From Bacteroidota bacterium (lineage in GTDB: Bacteria; Bacteroidota; Bacteroidia; UKL13-3): a DNA stretch of 61,660 nt. The notes under the pieces were generated by a model. It was given only the letters and a program-made list of their open reading frames with translations, did not search any database and was not told the origin of the DNA. Below, in pieces: positions 40,288 through 48,857 of the stretch. Position 1 is the first letter of the stretch. Each line of letters opens with the position of its first letter. The translations under genes and the position numbers were made by a program. The DNA lies in NCBI GenBank assembly GCA_947456185.1, contig CANGPW010000004.1, forward strand, positions 1 through 61,660. The letters run 5' to 3'.

Positions 40288-40524
40288 CTAACTTACCGCA
40301 ATCACCCGAGTTATTTCAGGAATGGCATTTTTTATACCATTTTCAATTCCTGCTTTCATGGTAATATGGCTTATGTTACAACTGCTACAATTTCCAGTTA
40401 AACGCAATTGAACTTCCATATCATCAGTAATATCAACCAATTCTACATCGCCTCCATCGGCTTGTAAAAATGGACGCATGCTGTTTAAAGCTATCTCCAC
40501 TTTTTCTCTCATCAATTCATTCAT
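40288..40524 (-). CDS. Nfu (NifU C-terminal) Fe-S carrier
   Basis: MRPFLQADGGDVELV, LTGNCSSC, TMKAGIE. Confidence 0.93.
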   Translation of the reverse strand: MNELMREKVEIALNSMRPFLQADGGDVELVDITDDMEVQLRLTGNCSSCNISHITMKAGIENGIKNAIPEITRVIAVS

Positions 40525-40566
40525 CTTTTAGTTTCTGCTTTTTTTTTCAAATATAACTTTTTGAAA

Positions 40567-41649
40567 TTATTCAGCGCTAACAGTTTTTTCAGTTGAATTT
40601 ATAATTGAAACTAACTGAGCCACATTCTGAGCTATTTTTTCATATGCTTTAAATGCTGGTTTGGTTTGATCTAATGCAGCAGGAATTCCAGCATCCCCAC
40701 CTTCACGAATACTCATATAAATTGGCACTTGACCTAATAAACTTACATTTAATTCACTTGCCATATTTCTGCCACCATCTTTACCAAAAATATAATATTT
40801 GTTATCGGGTAATTCATCAGGATTAAAATATGCCATGTTTTCAACCAATCCTAAAATTGGTACTTTAACTGGTGTCATGCTGAACATAGTGGCGGCTTTA
40901 TAAGCATCTGCTAATGCAATGGCCTGTGGAGTTGTAACCATTACCACGCCCGTTAATGGAACAATTTGCAACATGGTTAAATGAATATCGCCAGTTCCGG
41001 GAGGTAAATCCAAAATCAAATAATCCAATTCACCCCAATCGCAATCGCTTACAAATTGGCGCAATGCGGAAGAAACCATAGGTCCGCGCCATACTACAGC
41101 CTGCTCCGGTTTAATTAAAAAACCTATCGATAATAATTTGATTCCAAATTTTTCAATTGGAACCATTAATTGTTTTCCATCTACATCGCGCATTAAAGGT
41201 TGCGTATCCATTTCGCCAAACATCATTGGAATGCTTGGACCGTAAATATCGGCATCTAACAAACCAACTTTGGCGCCAGTGGCTGCTAACGCAATGGCTA
41301 AATTACTTGAAACTGAGCTTTTTCCAACTCCACCTTTTCCGCTTGCTACCGCAATAATATTTTTAACACCTGGAAGTGTCAATTTATCACTACGATTGGT
41401 TGAAACATTAGCAGTCATGGTAACTTTAACTACTGCTTGATCATTTACCAATTGATGAATGGCATCTACACAATCTTTCTCAATTTTTTCTTTTAAAGGA
41501 CAAGCCGGTGTAGTTAAAACTACAACAAAACTAACCGTTAACCCATCAATTACAATATCTTGAATCATGTTCAATGTAATCAAATCCTTGTGTAAATCGG
41601 GCTCTTGAACAGTGCTTAAAGCTTTTAAAACATCTTCTTTATTTATCAT
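40567..41649 (-). CDS. mrp: Mrp/ApbC/NBP35 Fe-S carrier ATPase with N-terminal DUF59 domain
   Basis: VQEPDL..LTTPACPLK, SGKGGVGKS, DADIYGPS, WRGPM, DLPPGTGD, VENM. Confidence 0.93.
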   Translation of the reverse strand: MINKEDVLKALSTVQEPDLHKDLITLNMIQDIVIDGLTVSFVVVLTTPACPLKEKIEKDCVDAIHQLVNDQAVVKVTMTANVSTNRSDKLTLPGVKNIIAVASGKGGVGKSSVSSNLAIALAATGAKVGLLDADIYGPSIPMMFGEMDTQPLMRDVDGKQLMVPIEKFGIKLLSIGFLIKPEQAVVWRGPMVSSALRQFVSDCDWGELDYLILDLPPGTGDIHLTMLQIVPLTGVVMVTTPQAIALADAYKAATMFSMTPVKVPILGLVENMAYFNPDELPDNKYYIFGKDGGRNMASELNVSLLGQVPIYMSIREGGDAGIPAALDQTKPAFKAYEKIAQNVAQLVSIINSTEKTVSAE

Positions 41650-41809
41650 TTTTCTAAACTTAATTGGTGCAAATAAATGCTTTTTATTGGCTAATTTTTT
41701 TGTGATTTTTACAGTAAATAATAATGACTTGGTTGTAAAAATTATTTAATAGTTTATTTATTACAATTGTTGTATATTTTTTTTTAAATTATCTATAAAA
41801 TGACGTTGG

Positions 41810-41898
41810 GTCATTCCGTAGGAATCTCATTTGAGTGGTAACCATGTTAGTTAATGGCAAGTAATCATCTAAAGCCAAGTAGATGCTTACAGCATGAC
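41810..41898. repeat. Inverted pair of REP-like 18-mers
   Basis: GTCATTCCGTAGGAATCT (41810-27) and rc GTCATGCTGTAAGCATCT (41881-98). Confidence 0.7.
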
Positions 41899-41992
41899 TG
41901 ATTCTGTTTTTATATCTATTTTTTAGTTAATGATTTTAAGAAAAACGTCCATCGTAGATAAGAAGAAATTGGATTTTTCTTGCAGACACTAT

Positions 41993-43270
41993 CTACAAAA
42001 ATTCAAAACCTATATCCGTTCTAAAATACTTCCCTTCAAAACTAATATTTTCAGCTGTTTTCATTGATTTTGAAACTGCTTCGCTCAATGAATTCCCCAA
42101 CGATGTAACAGCTAAAACTCGTCCACCATTCGTTACTATTTCGTTATTATTATTCAATGCCGTTCCTGCATGAAACAACATGGAATTATTTGAAGGCTCC
42201 AAGTTTGTCATGAGTTTTCCTTTTTCGTAATCACCAGGATAACCAGCTGACACCAACATCACTGTAGCAGCATGTTGAGTGCTAATTTTTAAATCCGTTT
42301 CATGTAATTTTCCTTTGGCAGTAGCCACCATTAATTCCACAAAATCTGATTCAATTAAAGGCAAAACAGTTTCCGTTTCAGGATCACCCATACGGCAGTT
42401 ATACTCAATAACCACAGGCTCTTCGCCTACTTTTATTAAGCCAATAAATATAAAACCTACATATTTTATGTTTTCGTTATTAAGTCCGATTATGGTTGGT
42501 TCAATAATTTTGATTATTACCTTTTGCATAAACTCATGGTTAGCAAAAGGAACTGGAGAAATAGCGCCCATTCCACCCGTGTTTAAACCGGTTTCGCCCA
42601 CTCCTATTCGTTTATAATCTTTTGCTGTTGGCAATATTTTATAAGAATTTCCGTCACTTAAAACAAAAACAGATAATTCAATTCCAGTTAAAAATTCTTC
42701 AATCACCACTTTGCTGCTTGCTGCACCAAACTTTTTATCGCTTATCATCTGTTGCAATTCACTGGTGGCTTCTTCCAAAGTTTGGCATATCAAAACGCCT
42801 TTTCCAGCAGCCAATCCATCGGCTTTTAGCACAATTGGCATTTTTTGAGTTTTTAAATATGCTATGCCTTCATTTAAATTATCGCTGGTAAAAGTTTGAT
42901 AAGCTGCTGTTGGAATATTGTTTTTATACATAAAAGCTTTGCTCCAATCTTTGCTAGCTTCCATGGTTGCTCCCATTTTATCGGGGCCAATAAATAGCAT
43001 ATTTTTTAAGTTTTCATTGGCTTCAAAGTAATCGCGCATACCCAAAACCAATGGTTCTTCCGGACCAACGATTAATAATTCAACATTATTTTCTAAGCAA
43101 AATATTCCAACCGTTTCAAAATCATTTGGATTCATTTTTACGTTTTTTCCAAATTCGGATGTTCCAGCATTGCCAGGGGCAATAAAAAGTTGGGTACACA
43201 AAGGGCTTTGCGACAGTTTATAAGCAAAAGCATGCTCACGTCCGCCAGCACCAATCAATAAAATATTCAT
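41993..43270 (-). CDS. purD: Phosphoribosylamine--glycine ligase
   Basis: GAGGREHA, APGNAG, KADGLAAGKGV, NTGGMGA, EYNCRMGDPET, TNGGRVL. Confidence 0.98.
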   Translation of the reverse strand: MNILLIGAGGREHAFAYKLSQSPLCTQLFIAPGNAGTSEFGKNVKMNPNDFETVGIFCLENNVELLIVGPEEPLVLGMRDYFEANENLKNMLFIGPDKMGATMEASKDWSKAFMYKNNIPTAAYQTFTSDNLNEGIAYLKTQKMPIVLKADGLAAGKGVLICQTLEEATSELQQMISDKKFGAASSKVVIEEFLTGIELSVFVLSDGNSYKILPTAKDYKRIGVGETGLNTGGMGAISPVPFANHEFMQKVIIKIIEPTIIGLNNENIKYVGFIFIGLIKVGEEPVVIEYNCRMGDPETETVLPLIESDFVELMVATAKGKLHETDLKISTQHAATVMLVSAGYPGDYEKGKLMTNLEPSNNSMLFHAGTALNNNNEIVTNGGRVLAVTSLGNSLSEAVSKSMKTAENISFEGKYFRTDIGFEFL

Positions 43271-43274
43271 GAGG

Positions 43275-43282
43275 CAAATATA
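43275..43282 (-). promoter_or_regulatory. -7 element 4 nt upstream of the purD ATG
   Basis: Minus strand TATATTTG-CCTC-ATG. Confidence 0.55.
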
Positions 43283-43356
43283 TCATTTCAAAAATGTTTT
43301 TAAGAATAAACACTTTTGAAATGATGAATATTAGGAAGGAATGATTATTTTATTTT

Positions 43357-45099
43357 TTACCTACTCACCATATCAAAGGCTTCATCAGGAATATCATTGA
43401 TGTTAAGAACCAAAAATCCATCTAATGAATTATTGAATTTTGGATCTACATTGAAAGCAATAATTTTTCCTTTTAGCTTCAAATATTTTTTTACTAATAC
43501 CGGAATTTTTGAATGATTGGTTTCAATTTCACCAATAAAATTATCCAATGTTTTTATATCGTCTCTGTGCTTTTCGAGCAATAACTTTTTGTCTTCGCCA
43601 GTGTATTGATACTTGAATTTTTTGCGTGGCTTTACCATTTTCGACATTGCTTTATCGTAATGATTATGGCGAATATAAGCCACCAATAAATCTTTTGATA
43701 AGTTAGAAAACTCGCCACTGATACTTACCGGACCAATCATGTAATTATAACGACCATGGTGTTGTTTCAAAAACTCATTGATGCCTTTCCAAAGTAGCAT
43801 TAAGCTTAATGGTTTACGTTGATATTCCAATGTTACAAATGATCTTCCCAATTCTATGCTATCTTTTAAAATGGGTGCAAACTCTTTTTTTAGTTTGAAT
43901 AATTGGTTTAAGTAAAATCCTTTTTTGCCAAATTGTTTGTACAATTCATCGCCTAAACCAATGCGATACGCACCCACTATTTTTTGAGCTAATGAATCCC
44001 AAATGAACAAATGTTTGTAGTACAAATCGAATTCATCGGTATCAAAACTTCGGTTTGTACCCTCACCAACTGCTCTAAAAGTTATTTCGCGCAAGCGAGT
44101 AATTTCCTTTAAAACATTGGGAATATTAAATGCATTACTAATATAAACTTCAAAATTTTCATGTTTATAAACTTGGTCGTTTTGAATATTATCAATGTCG
44201 TTTTGAATGACAATATTTAACGTTTCTGCAATAATTGGTTTAGCTTTAACTAGCTTGCTTAAATTTATTTTGAAAAACTTTTTTACTTCAATTCCTGAAC
44301 CTAAGGCATAAGTTTTAGCCCTCACAAAACGCAATAATTCATCACTATTTTCAAACTCGCTGAGTACTTTTGGTAAAATTGGTTTTCCAATTCTAACAAT
44401 TACTTTTTGTTTTTTGTTAAATAATTCAGAAGGTAATTTTACAGTTCTTAAATTAGGACTTATTAAACCCAATAAATTAAAGACTAAACTATTATGTCCG
44501 CTAAAATAAATAGGTAAAACTTTCACATTGGCTTTTTGTATAATTTTACCTATGGTTGGATCCCATTTTTTATCGGTAATTTTCAAAGTATTTAATTGCA
44601 AAGCAGAAACCTCTCCAGCGGGAAAAATTCCAATTGGATGTTCCTTTATATGACCCAAAACTTCTTTTAATCCTTGCATATTCATGCTGCTTTTTTTAGC
44701 ATTATCAAAAGGATTTACAGCAATAATATGATCTTTTAAAGGGGGAATTTGTTGCAATAAATAATTAGCCAAAAACTTGGTATCTGGTCTTATTTTATTT
44801 AAAATAGACAAACTTATTAATCCATCAATTCCGCCATAAGGATGATTGGAAATAGCTATAAAAGGTTCCGTTCTTGGAATATTTTTCAAATCCTCCGCAT
44901 CAATTTCGTATTCAATGCCTAATTCCTCCAACATTTTATCGGTAAAATCAAAACCTTGAAGCTCAGAAAAAGGACTGTAAGCTTCATTTAATTTATCAAG
45001 CTTTAGCAGTTTCATAATTGCTGGAGCTAGCACACTAACATGCAATTTTTGTAACTTTAAGGCTTTAGCTACATCTTTTTCGTTGATTAAATTGCTCAT
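43357..45099 (-). CDS. Bifunctional PlsC-like O-acyltransferase / GNAT N-acyltransferase (OlsF-like)
   Basis: N-terminal NHPYGGID (HxxxxD), FPAGEVS; C-terminal RLREITFRAVGEG, DEFD, GAYR, ELGRSFV, LLWKGI; start MSNLIN. Confidence 0.8.
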   Translation of the reverse strand: MSNLINEKDVAKALKLQKLHVSVLAPAIMKLLKLDKLNEAYSPFSELQGFDFTDKMLEELGIEYEIDAEDLKNIPRTEPFIAISNHPYGGIDGLISLSILNKIRPDTKFLANYLLQQIPPLKDHIIAVNPFDNAKKSSMNMQGLKEVLGHIKEHPIGIFPAGEVSALQLNTLKITDKKWDPTIGKIIQKANVKVLPIYFSGHNSLVFNLLGLISPNLRTVKLPSELFNKKQKVIVRIGKPILPKVLSEFENSDELLRFVRAKTYALGSGIEVKKFFKINLSKLVKAKPIIAETLNIVIQNDIDNIQNDQVYKHENFEVYISNAFNIPNVLKEITRLREITFRAVGEGTNRSFDTDEFDLYYKHLFIWDSLAQKIVGAYRIGLGDELYKQFGKKGFYLNQLFKLKKEFAPILKDSIELGRSFVTLEYQRKPLSLMLLWKGINEFLKQHHGRYNYMIGPVSISGEFSNLSKDLLVAYIRHNHYDKAMSKMVKPRKKFKYQYTGEDKKLLLEKHRDDIKTLDNFIGEIETNHSKIPVLVKKYLKLKGKIIAFNVDPKFNNSLDGFLVLNINDIPDEAFDMVSR

Positions 45100-45339
45100 T
45101 TTACTTATATTTAAAAAACCAAAAATAGGCATTTAAAAACTAGCGTATATAAAGTTATTGTTAAATGTAAAGATTAAAAAAATTGGGCAAAACCTATTTT
45201 AAAACTTTCAATACTTCAAAACGAATTACAATGATTATTAGTAGTTTAATATTTAGCAAAAGTAAATTGTGGAAATAAAAATGCAATAGTTGAAAAATTG
45301 TATAGATAATTTGCATTCATAAGTTGATTTTCGCATTTC

Positions 45340-45978
45340 TTGATTTTTAAAACTCCATATCAATTCATCGCCATTGAAGGCAATATAGGTGCAGGTAAAA
45401 GCACTTTAGTAAACATGCTTTCTGATGTTTTAAAAGCAAAAAAAATATTGGAAGAGTTTGAAGACAATTCATTTCTTCCAAAATTTTACGAAAACAGAAG
45501 CCGGTATGCTTTTCCATTAGAAATGAGTTTTTTGGCAGCTCGATTTAACCAATTAAAAAAACAATTGGTGGAAGATAAATTGTTTGGCGAGCCAATTATT
45601 AGCGATTATATTTTTGCAAAATGTTTGTTGTTTTCTCAAAACACATTAGACCATGACGAGTATAAATTATACCGTCAAATGTTTGAAATTATTAATTTTC
45701 AAATTCCACAACCCGATTTATTAGTATATTTACATGCGCCCGTTGAAAAATTGCAATGGAATATTTCGAACCGAGGTAGGGTTTATGAAAAAAAAATAGA
45801 CGATAATTATTTACAAAGTCTGCAAGAAACTTATTTTAAATACATGAATAGCCAAACAAATACAAGGGTTTTGGTGGTTAATTGTGCGGGATTAGATTTT
45901 GTAAATAATACCAATGATTTTGATTTTTTATTGCAGGCCATTTGCAAAGACTTTCCTTTTGGAATGAACTATTTATAA
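45340..45978 (+). CDS. Deoxynucleoside kinase
   Basis: IEGNIGAGKST P-loop, FLPKFY, FLAARF, PDLLVYL, RGR.YE; start uncertain (TTG). Confidence 0.9.
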   Translation: MIFKTPYQFIAIEGNIGAGKSTLVNMLSDVLKAKKILEEFEDNSFLPKFYENRSRYAFPLEMSFLAARFNQLKKQLVEDKLFGEPIISDYIFAKCLLFSQNTLDHDEYKLYRQMFEIINFQIPQPDLLVYLHAPVEKLQWNISNRGRVYEKKIDDNYLQSLQETYFKYMNSQTNTRVLVVNCAGLDFVNNTNDFDFLLQAICKDFPFGMNYL

Positions 45979-46623
45979 AAAAGTTGGCATTTCGGTTTCA
46001 ATTAAAATTGGCTCCTTTTTTACCGGATGAACAAAACTTAAACTGAACGAATGCAAACAAATACTTCCATTTCTATTTGGTGTTTGTGCGCCATATTTTA
46101 CATCGCCAACTATGCTGCAACCAATATATGCCAGCTGTGCCCTAATTTGATGTTTCCGGCCCGTTAATAATTTTATTTTTAGCCAACTGTATCGTCCTTC
46201 TTTTTTCAAAACAGTATATTCCAATTGTGCTTTAATGGCTTTGGTAACTTCTTCATCAAATGCTTTGGTCATGTTTTTGGTTTCATCTCTGCGCAACCAA
46301 TGTGTGAGCAATCCGGTGGCACTTGGCGGACAATTATGAACTTTGGCTATGTAATGTTTTTCTACTTCACGCTTTTGAAAAATTTCATTCATGCGCACCA
46401 AAGCTTTACTGCTTTTAGCAAATAATACCAAACCACTAACAGGCATGTCAATTCTATGAATAACGCCTAAAAAAACATCACCAGGTTTTTGTTCATTCAC
46501 TTTGATGTATTGTTTCACCTCGTCCTCCAAACTTTTAGGCTTGTGAGGTTCCGGCTGCACCGTTTGTCCGCTTTGTTTTAAAGCAGCTATTAAGTGATTG
46601 TCTTCGTATAGGATTTGAACCAT
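45973..46623 (-). CDS. RluA-family pseudouridine synthase
   Basis: ILYEDNH, HRIDMPVSG (catalytic D), TGRKHQIRAQL, IVGDVKYG, LHS; start MVQIL. Confidence 0.93.
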   Translation of the reverse strand: MVQILYEDNHLIAALKQSGQTVQPEPHKPKSLEDEVKQYIKVNEQKPGDVFLGVIHRIDMPVSGLVLFAKSSKALVRMNEIFQKREVEKHYIAKVHNCPPSATGLLTHWLRRDETKNMTKAFDEEVTKAIKAQLEYTVLKKEGRYSWLKIKLLTGRKHQIRAQLAYIGCSIVGDVKYGAQTPNRNGSICLHSFSLSFVHPVKKEPILIETEMPTFL

Positions 46624-46628
46624 TTGGC

Positions 46629-46675
46629 GATTGAAAGATTTAGGGATTTTTGATTGAAAGATTGAAAGATTACAA
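46629..46675. repeat. 8-mer array (GATTGAAA-type x6) just upstream of the RluA start
   Basis: gattgaaa gatttagg gattttt gattgaaa gattgaaa gattacaa. Confidence 0.8.
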
Positions 46676-46736
46676 AAATTAAAAGATAACAAAGTTGGAA
46701 TTGCTTTTTTTGTTATTGACCATATACAAGTTGCCT

Positions 46737-46760
46737 CCTTCGACTCCGCTCAGGATGACA
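46737..46760. repeat. REP-like unit
   Basis: CCTTCGACTCCGCTCAGGATGACA; related to 4158-78 and 32547-66. Confidence 0.7.
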
Positions 46761-46780
46761 ACGTGAGCTTTCAGCATTTT

Positions 46781-46816
46781 ACTTCGCAATTTTGTCACTT
46801 CGAACTTCGCACTTTT
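46781..46816. repeat. 7-mer array (ACTTCGC-type) abutting the panB stop
   Basis: acttcgc aattttg tc acttcga acttcgc actttt. Confidence 0.65.
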
Positions 46817-47632
46817 TTAGTATTGTTCTTTTTCGTTCGGAAAATCTACTGATTTTACATCGGATACATATTGTTCCACTGCACCTTTTATTTCGTCAAA
46901 TAAATTTAAATACCTGCGTAAAAATTTGGGTGAAAAATCTTTGTTGATGCCTAACAAATCGTGGCTTACCAATACTTGTCCGTCAACATCTGAACCGGCA
47001 CCAATGCCTATCACCGGAATTTTTACTAACTCAGTAACTTGCTTGGCTAACTTCGATGGAATTTTTTCTAATACTATTGCAAAGCAACCTGCTTCTTCTA
47101 ATAATTTGGCATCGTGTAATAATTTTTGAGCTTCTAAATCTTCTTTTGCTCTTACTTCATAAGTGCCAAATTTATAAATGCTTTGAGGTGTTAAACCCAA
47201 ATGGCCCATTACAGGAATTCCAGCTGTTAAAATTCTTTTGATAGATTCCACCACTTCTTCGCCACCTTCTAATTTAACAGCGTGAGCTTCGGCTTCTTTC
47301 ATAATTCTAATAGAAGAATTCAATGCCTCTTTTGAATTACCTTGATAACTTCCAAATGGTAAATCAACCACCACCAAACAACGATTTACAGCTTTTATTA
47401 CCGAAGCCGCATGGCTAATCATTTGATCTAAAGTAATTGGCAAAGTTGTTTCATGACCGTGCATCACATTGCTTGCACTATCGCCAACAAGCAATACATC
47501 AATTTTTGCCTCATCAAAAATTTTTGCCATGCTGAAATCGTAAGCGGTAAGCATGCTTATTTTTTCGCCACGCATTTTCATTTCTTGTATGCTATGTGTG
47601 GTAATTTTTTTATACTCTTTATGAACGCTCAT
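46817..47632 (-). CDS. panB: 3-methyl-2-oxobutanoate hydroxymethyltransferase
   Basis: [43 protein letters not shown]; start MSVHK, with TACATTTG at 47651-58 upstream. Confidence 0.98.
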   Translation of the reverse strand: MSVHKEYKKITTHSIQEMKMRGEKISMLTAYDFSMAKIFDEAKIDVLLVGDSASNVMHGHETTLPITLDQMISHAASVIKAVNRCLVVVDLPFGSYQGNSKEALNSSIRIMKEAEAHAVKLEGGEEVVESIKRILTAGIPVMGHLGLTPQSIYKFGTYEVRAKEDLEAQKLLHDAKLLEEAGCFAIVLEKIPSKLAKQVTELVKIPVIGIGAGSDVDGQVLVSHDLLGINKDFSPKFLRRYLNLFDEIKGAVEQYVSDVKSVDFPNEKEQY

Positions 47633-47736
47633 GGTCTTTTTATTTTTTTTCAAATGTAGAAATAAAACCTTTAATCAAAATTATTTGTCATATAATTAAA
47701 TCAATTAAATTTCAAAAGCTATATTGCCGGCCCAAA

Positions 47737-48702
47737 ATGAAGAAAAATATCATCATATTCCTAGTATTGCTAAGCGTAATGGCTTGCGATAATTCGTTAG
47801 AAATAAATGCACCTTACCGAGAAATACCGGTAGTTTATGGCTTTATAGATAAAAATGAAACTATTCAATATTTAAGAATTCAAAAAGTTTTTCAAAATTC
47901 CATTGAAATTAAAGCAAGTGAAGCCGCTAAAATTACCGACTCACTTTACCTGAATAATTTATTAGTTCAATTAATTGTAAATAAAGACACCATCAATTGT
48001 ATTAGAACAAATAATATTCCTAAAAATGCTGGCTTATTTGCCAATGATTCAAATTATATTTACCAAACAAATCCTTATAATTGGTTAGGTGTAGGTTTGG
48101 CAAAAGTTAATTTATTAATCAGAGACACTGTTAATGGAAATATTTTTACTTCCAGTTGTAATTTAATTGGTGACCAAATCATTGAGCAAAGAAATATTAC
48201 AATTTCAGAAAACACAAATAACCTTTTTACATTTAGGTATTTTGTAAATAAATCGGCATATATAATAGATGCAGCAGTTAGGCTAAAATACATGGAAGCA
48301 CTCAATAGCAATCCGAGTTTTTATGTTGAAAAATATTACGATTATTATGTTCAATCGGGAAAAGAAACAGTTAATTACAATGCAAATGACCCAGTTTCAG
48401 AGCGAATTAAATCAGTAGATTTATTAAACAATTGGAGACAATTTTTTGCAACGCAATCAAAAAATGTAATCAGAAAATATATTGGCGTAGAGTATGTTAC
48501 CTGGGGTGCAGGCCCCGATTTTTTAGACATTCAAGAACAAAACAAACCTAATATTTCATTTGTACAAAAACACACAGATTATACCAATATAAAAGGTGGT
48601 TTGGGTATTTTTACCTCAAGAACATTTAATAGACAACCATTAATTTCATTAGATTCAAATTCTATTGTATTAATTAATACATTGCCTCAATTTCAGAGAT
48701 AA
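47737..48702 (+). CDS. Lipoprotein, DUF4249-like
   Basis: Lipobox VMA-C; EIPVVYGFID...YLRIQKVF; C-terminal YTNIKGGLGIFTSR. Confidence 0.65.
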   Translation: MKKNIIIFLVLLSVMACDNSLEINAPYREIPVVYGFIDKNETIQYLRIQKVFQNSIEIKASEAAKITDSLYLNNLLVQLIVNKDTINCIRTNNIPKNAGLFANDSNYIYQTNPYNWLGVGLAKVNLLIRDTVNGNIFTSSCNLIGDQIIEQRNITISENTNNLFTFRYFVNKSAYIIDAAVRLKYMEALNSNPSFYVEKYYDYYVQSGKETVNYNANDPVSERIKSVDLLNNWRQFFATQSKNVIRKYIGVEYVTWGAGPDFLDIQEQNKPNISFVQKHTDYTNIKGGLGIFTSRTFNRQPLISLDSNSIVLINTLPQFQR

Positions 48703-48733
48703 ACTTTATATCAAAAATCAAAAATTCTGTCAT

Positions 48734-48762
48734 AATAGCTGCCAAAAGGCAGCTATTTTTTT
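48734..48762 (+). terminator. Intrinsic terminator after lipoprotein gene
   Basis: AATAGCTGCC-AAAA-GGCAGCTATTTTTTT. Confidence 0.75.
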
Positions 48763-48814
48763 GTTGTTTTTAAAAAAATAAGCCATTTTTTTTGTGTTCT
48801 TGTAAAAAATTGCC

Positions 48815-48830
48815 TTGGCATTATGATTGA
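48815..48830 (+). promoter_or_regulatory. Sigma54-like promoter candidate for dnaK (GG-N10-GA)
   Basis: TTGGCATTATGATTGA, 27 nt before the ATG. Confidence 0.45.
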
Positions 48831-48857
48831 CAATATTTGTAAAAAATTACAAAGATT

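Noticed and set aside
45268-45297. DnaA-box-like words upstream of the deoxynucleoside kinase
   Set aside because: One to two mismatches each in AT-rich DNA; not distinguishable from chance
46624-46692. N-terminal extension of RluA in the ORF track
   Set aside because: Read-through of the octamer array; the family N-terminus begins at MVQILYED. Similar over-extensions were trimmed for TPR, ACMSD, gpmI, panB, helicase, atpB and rimP
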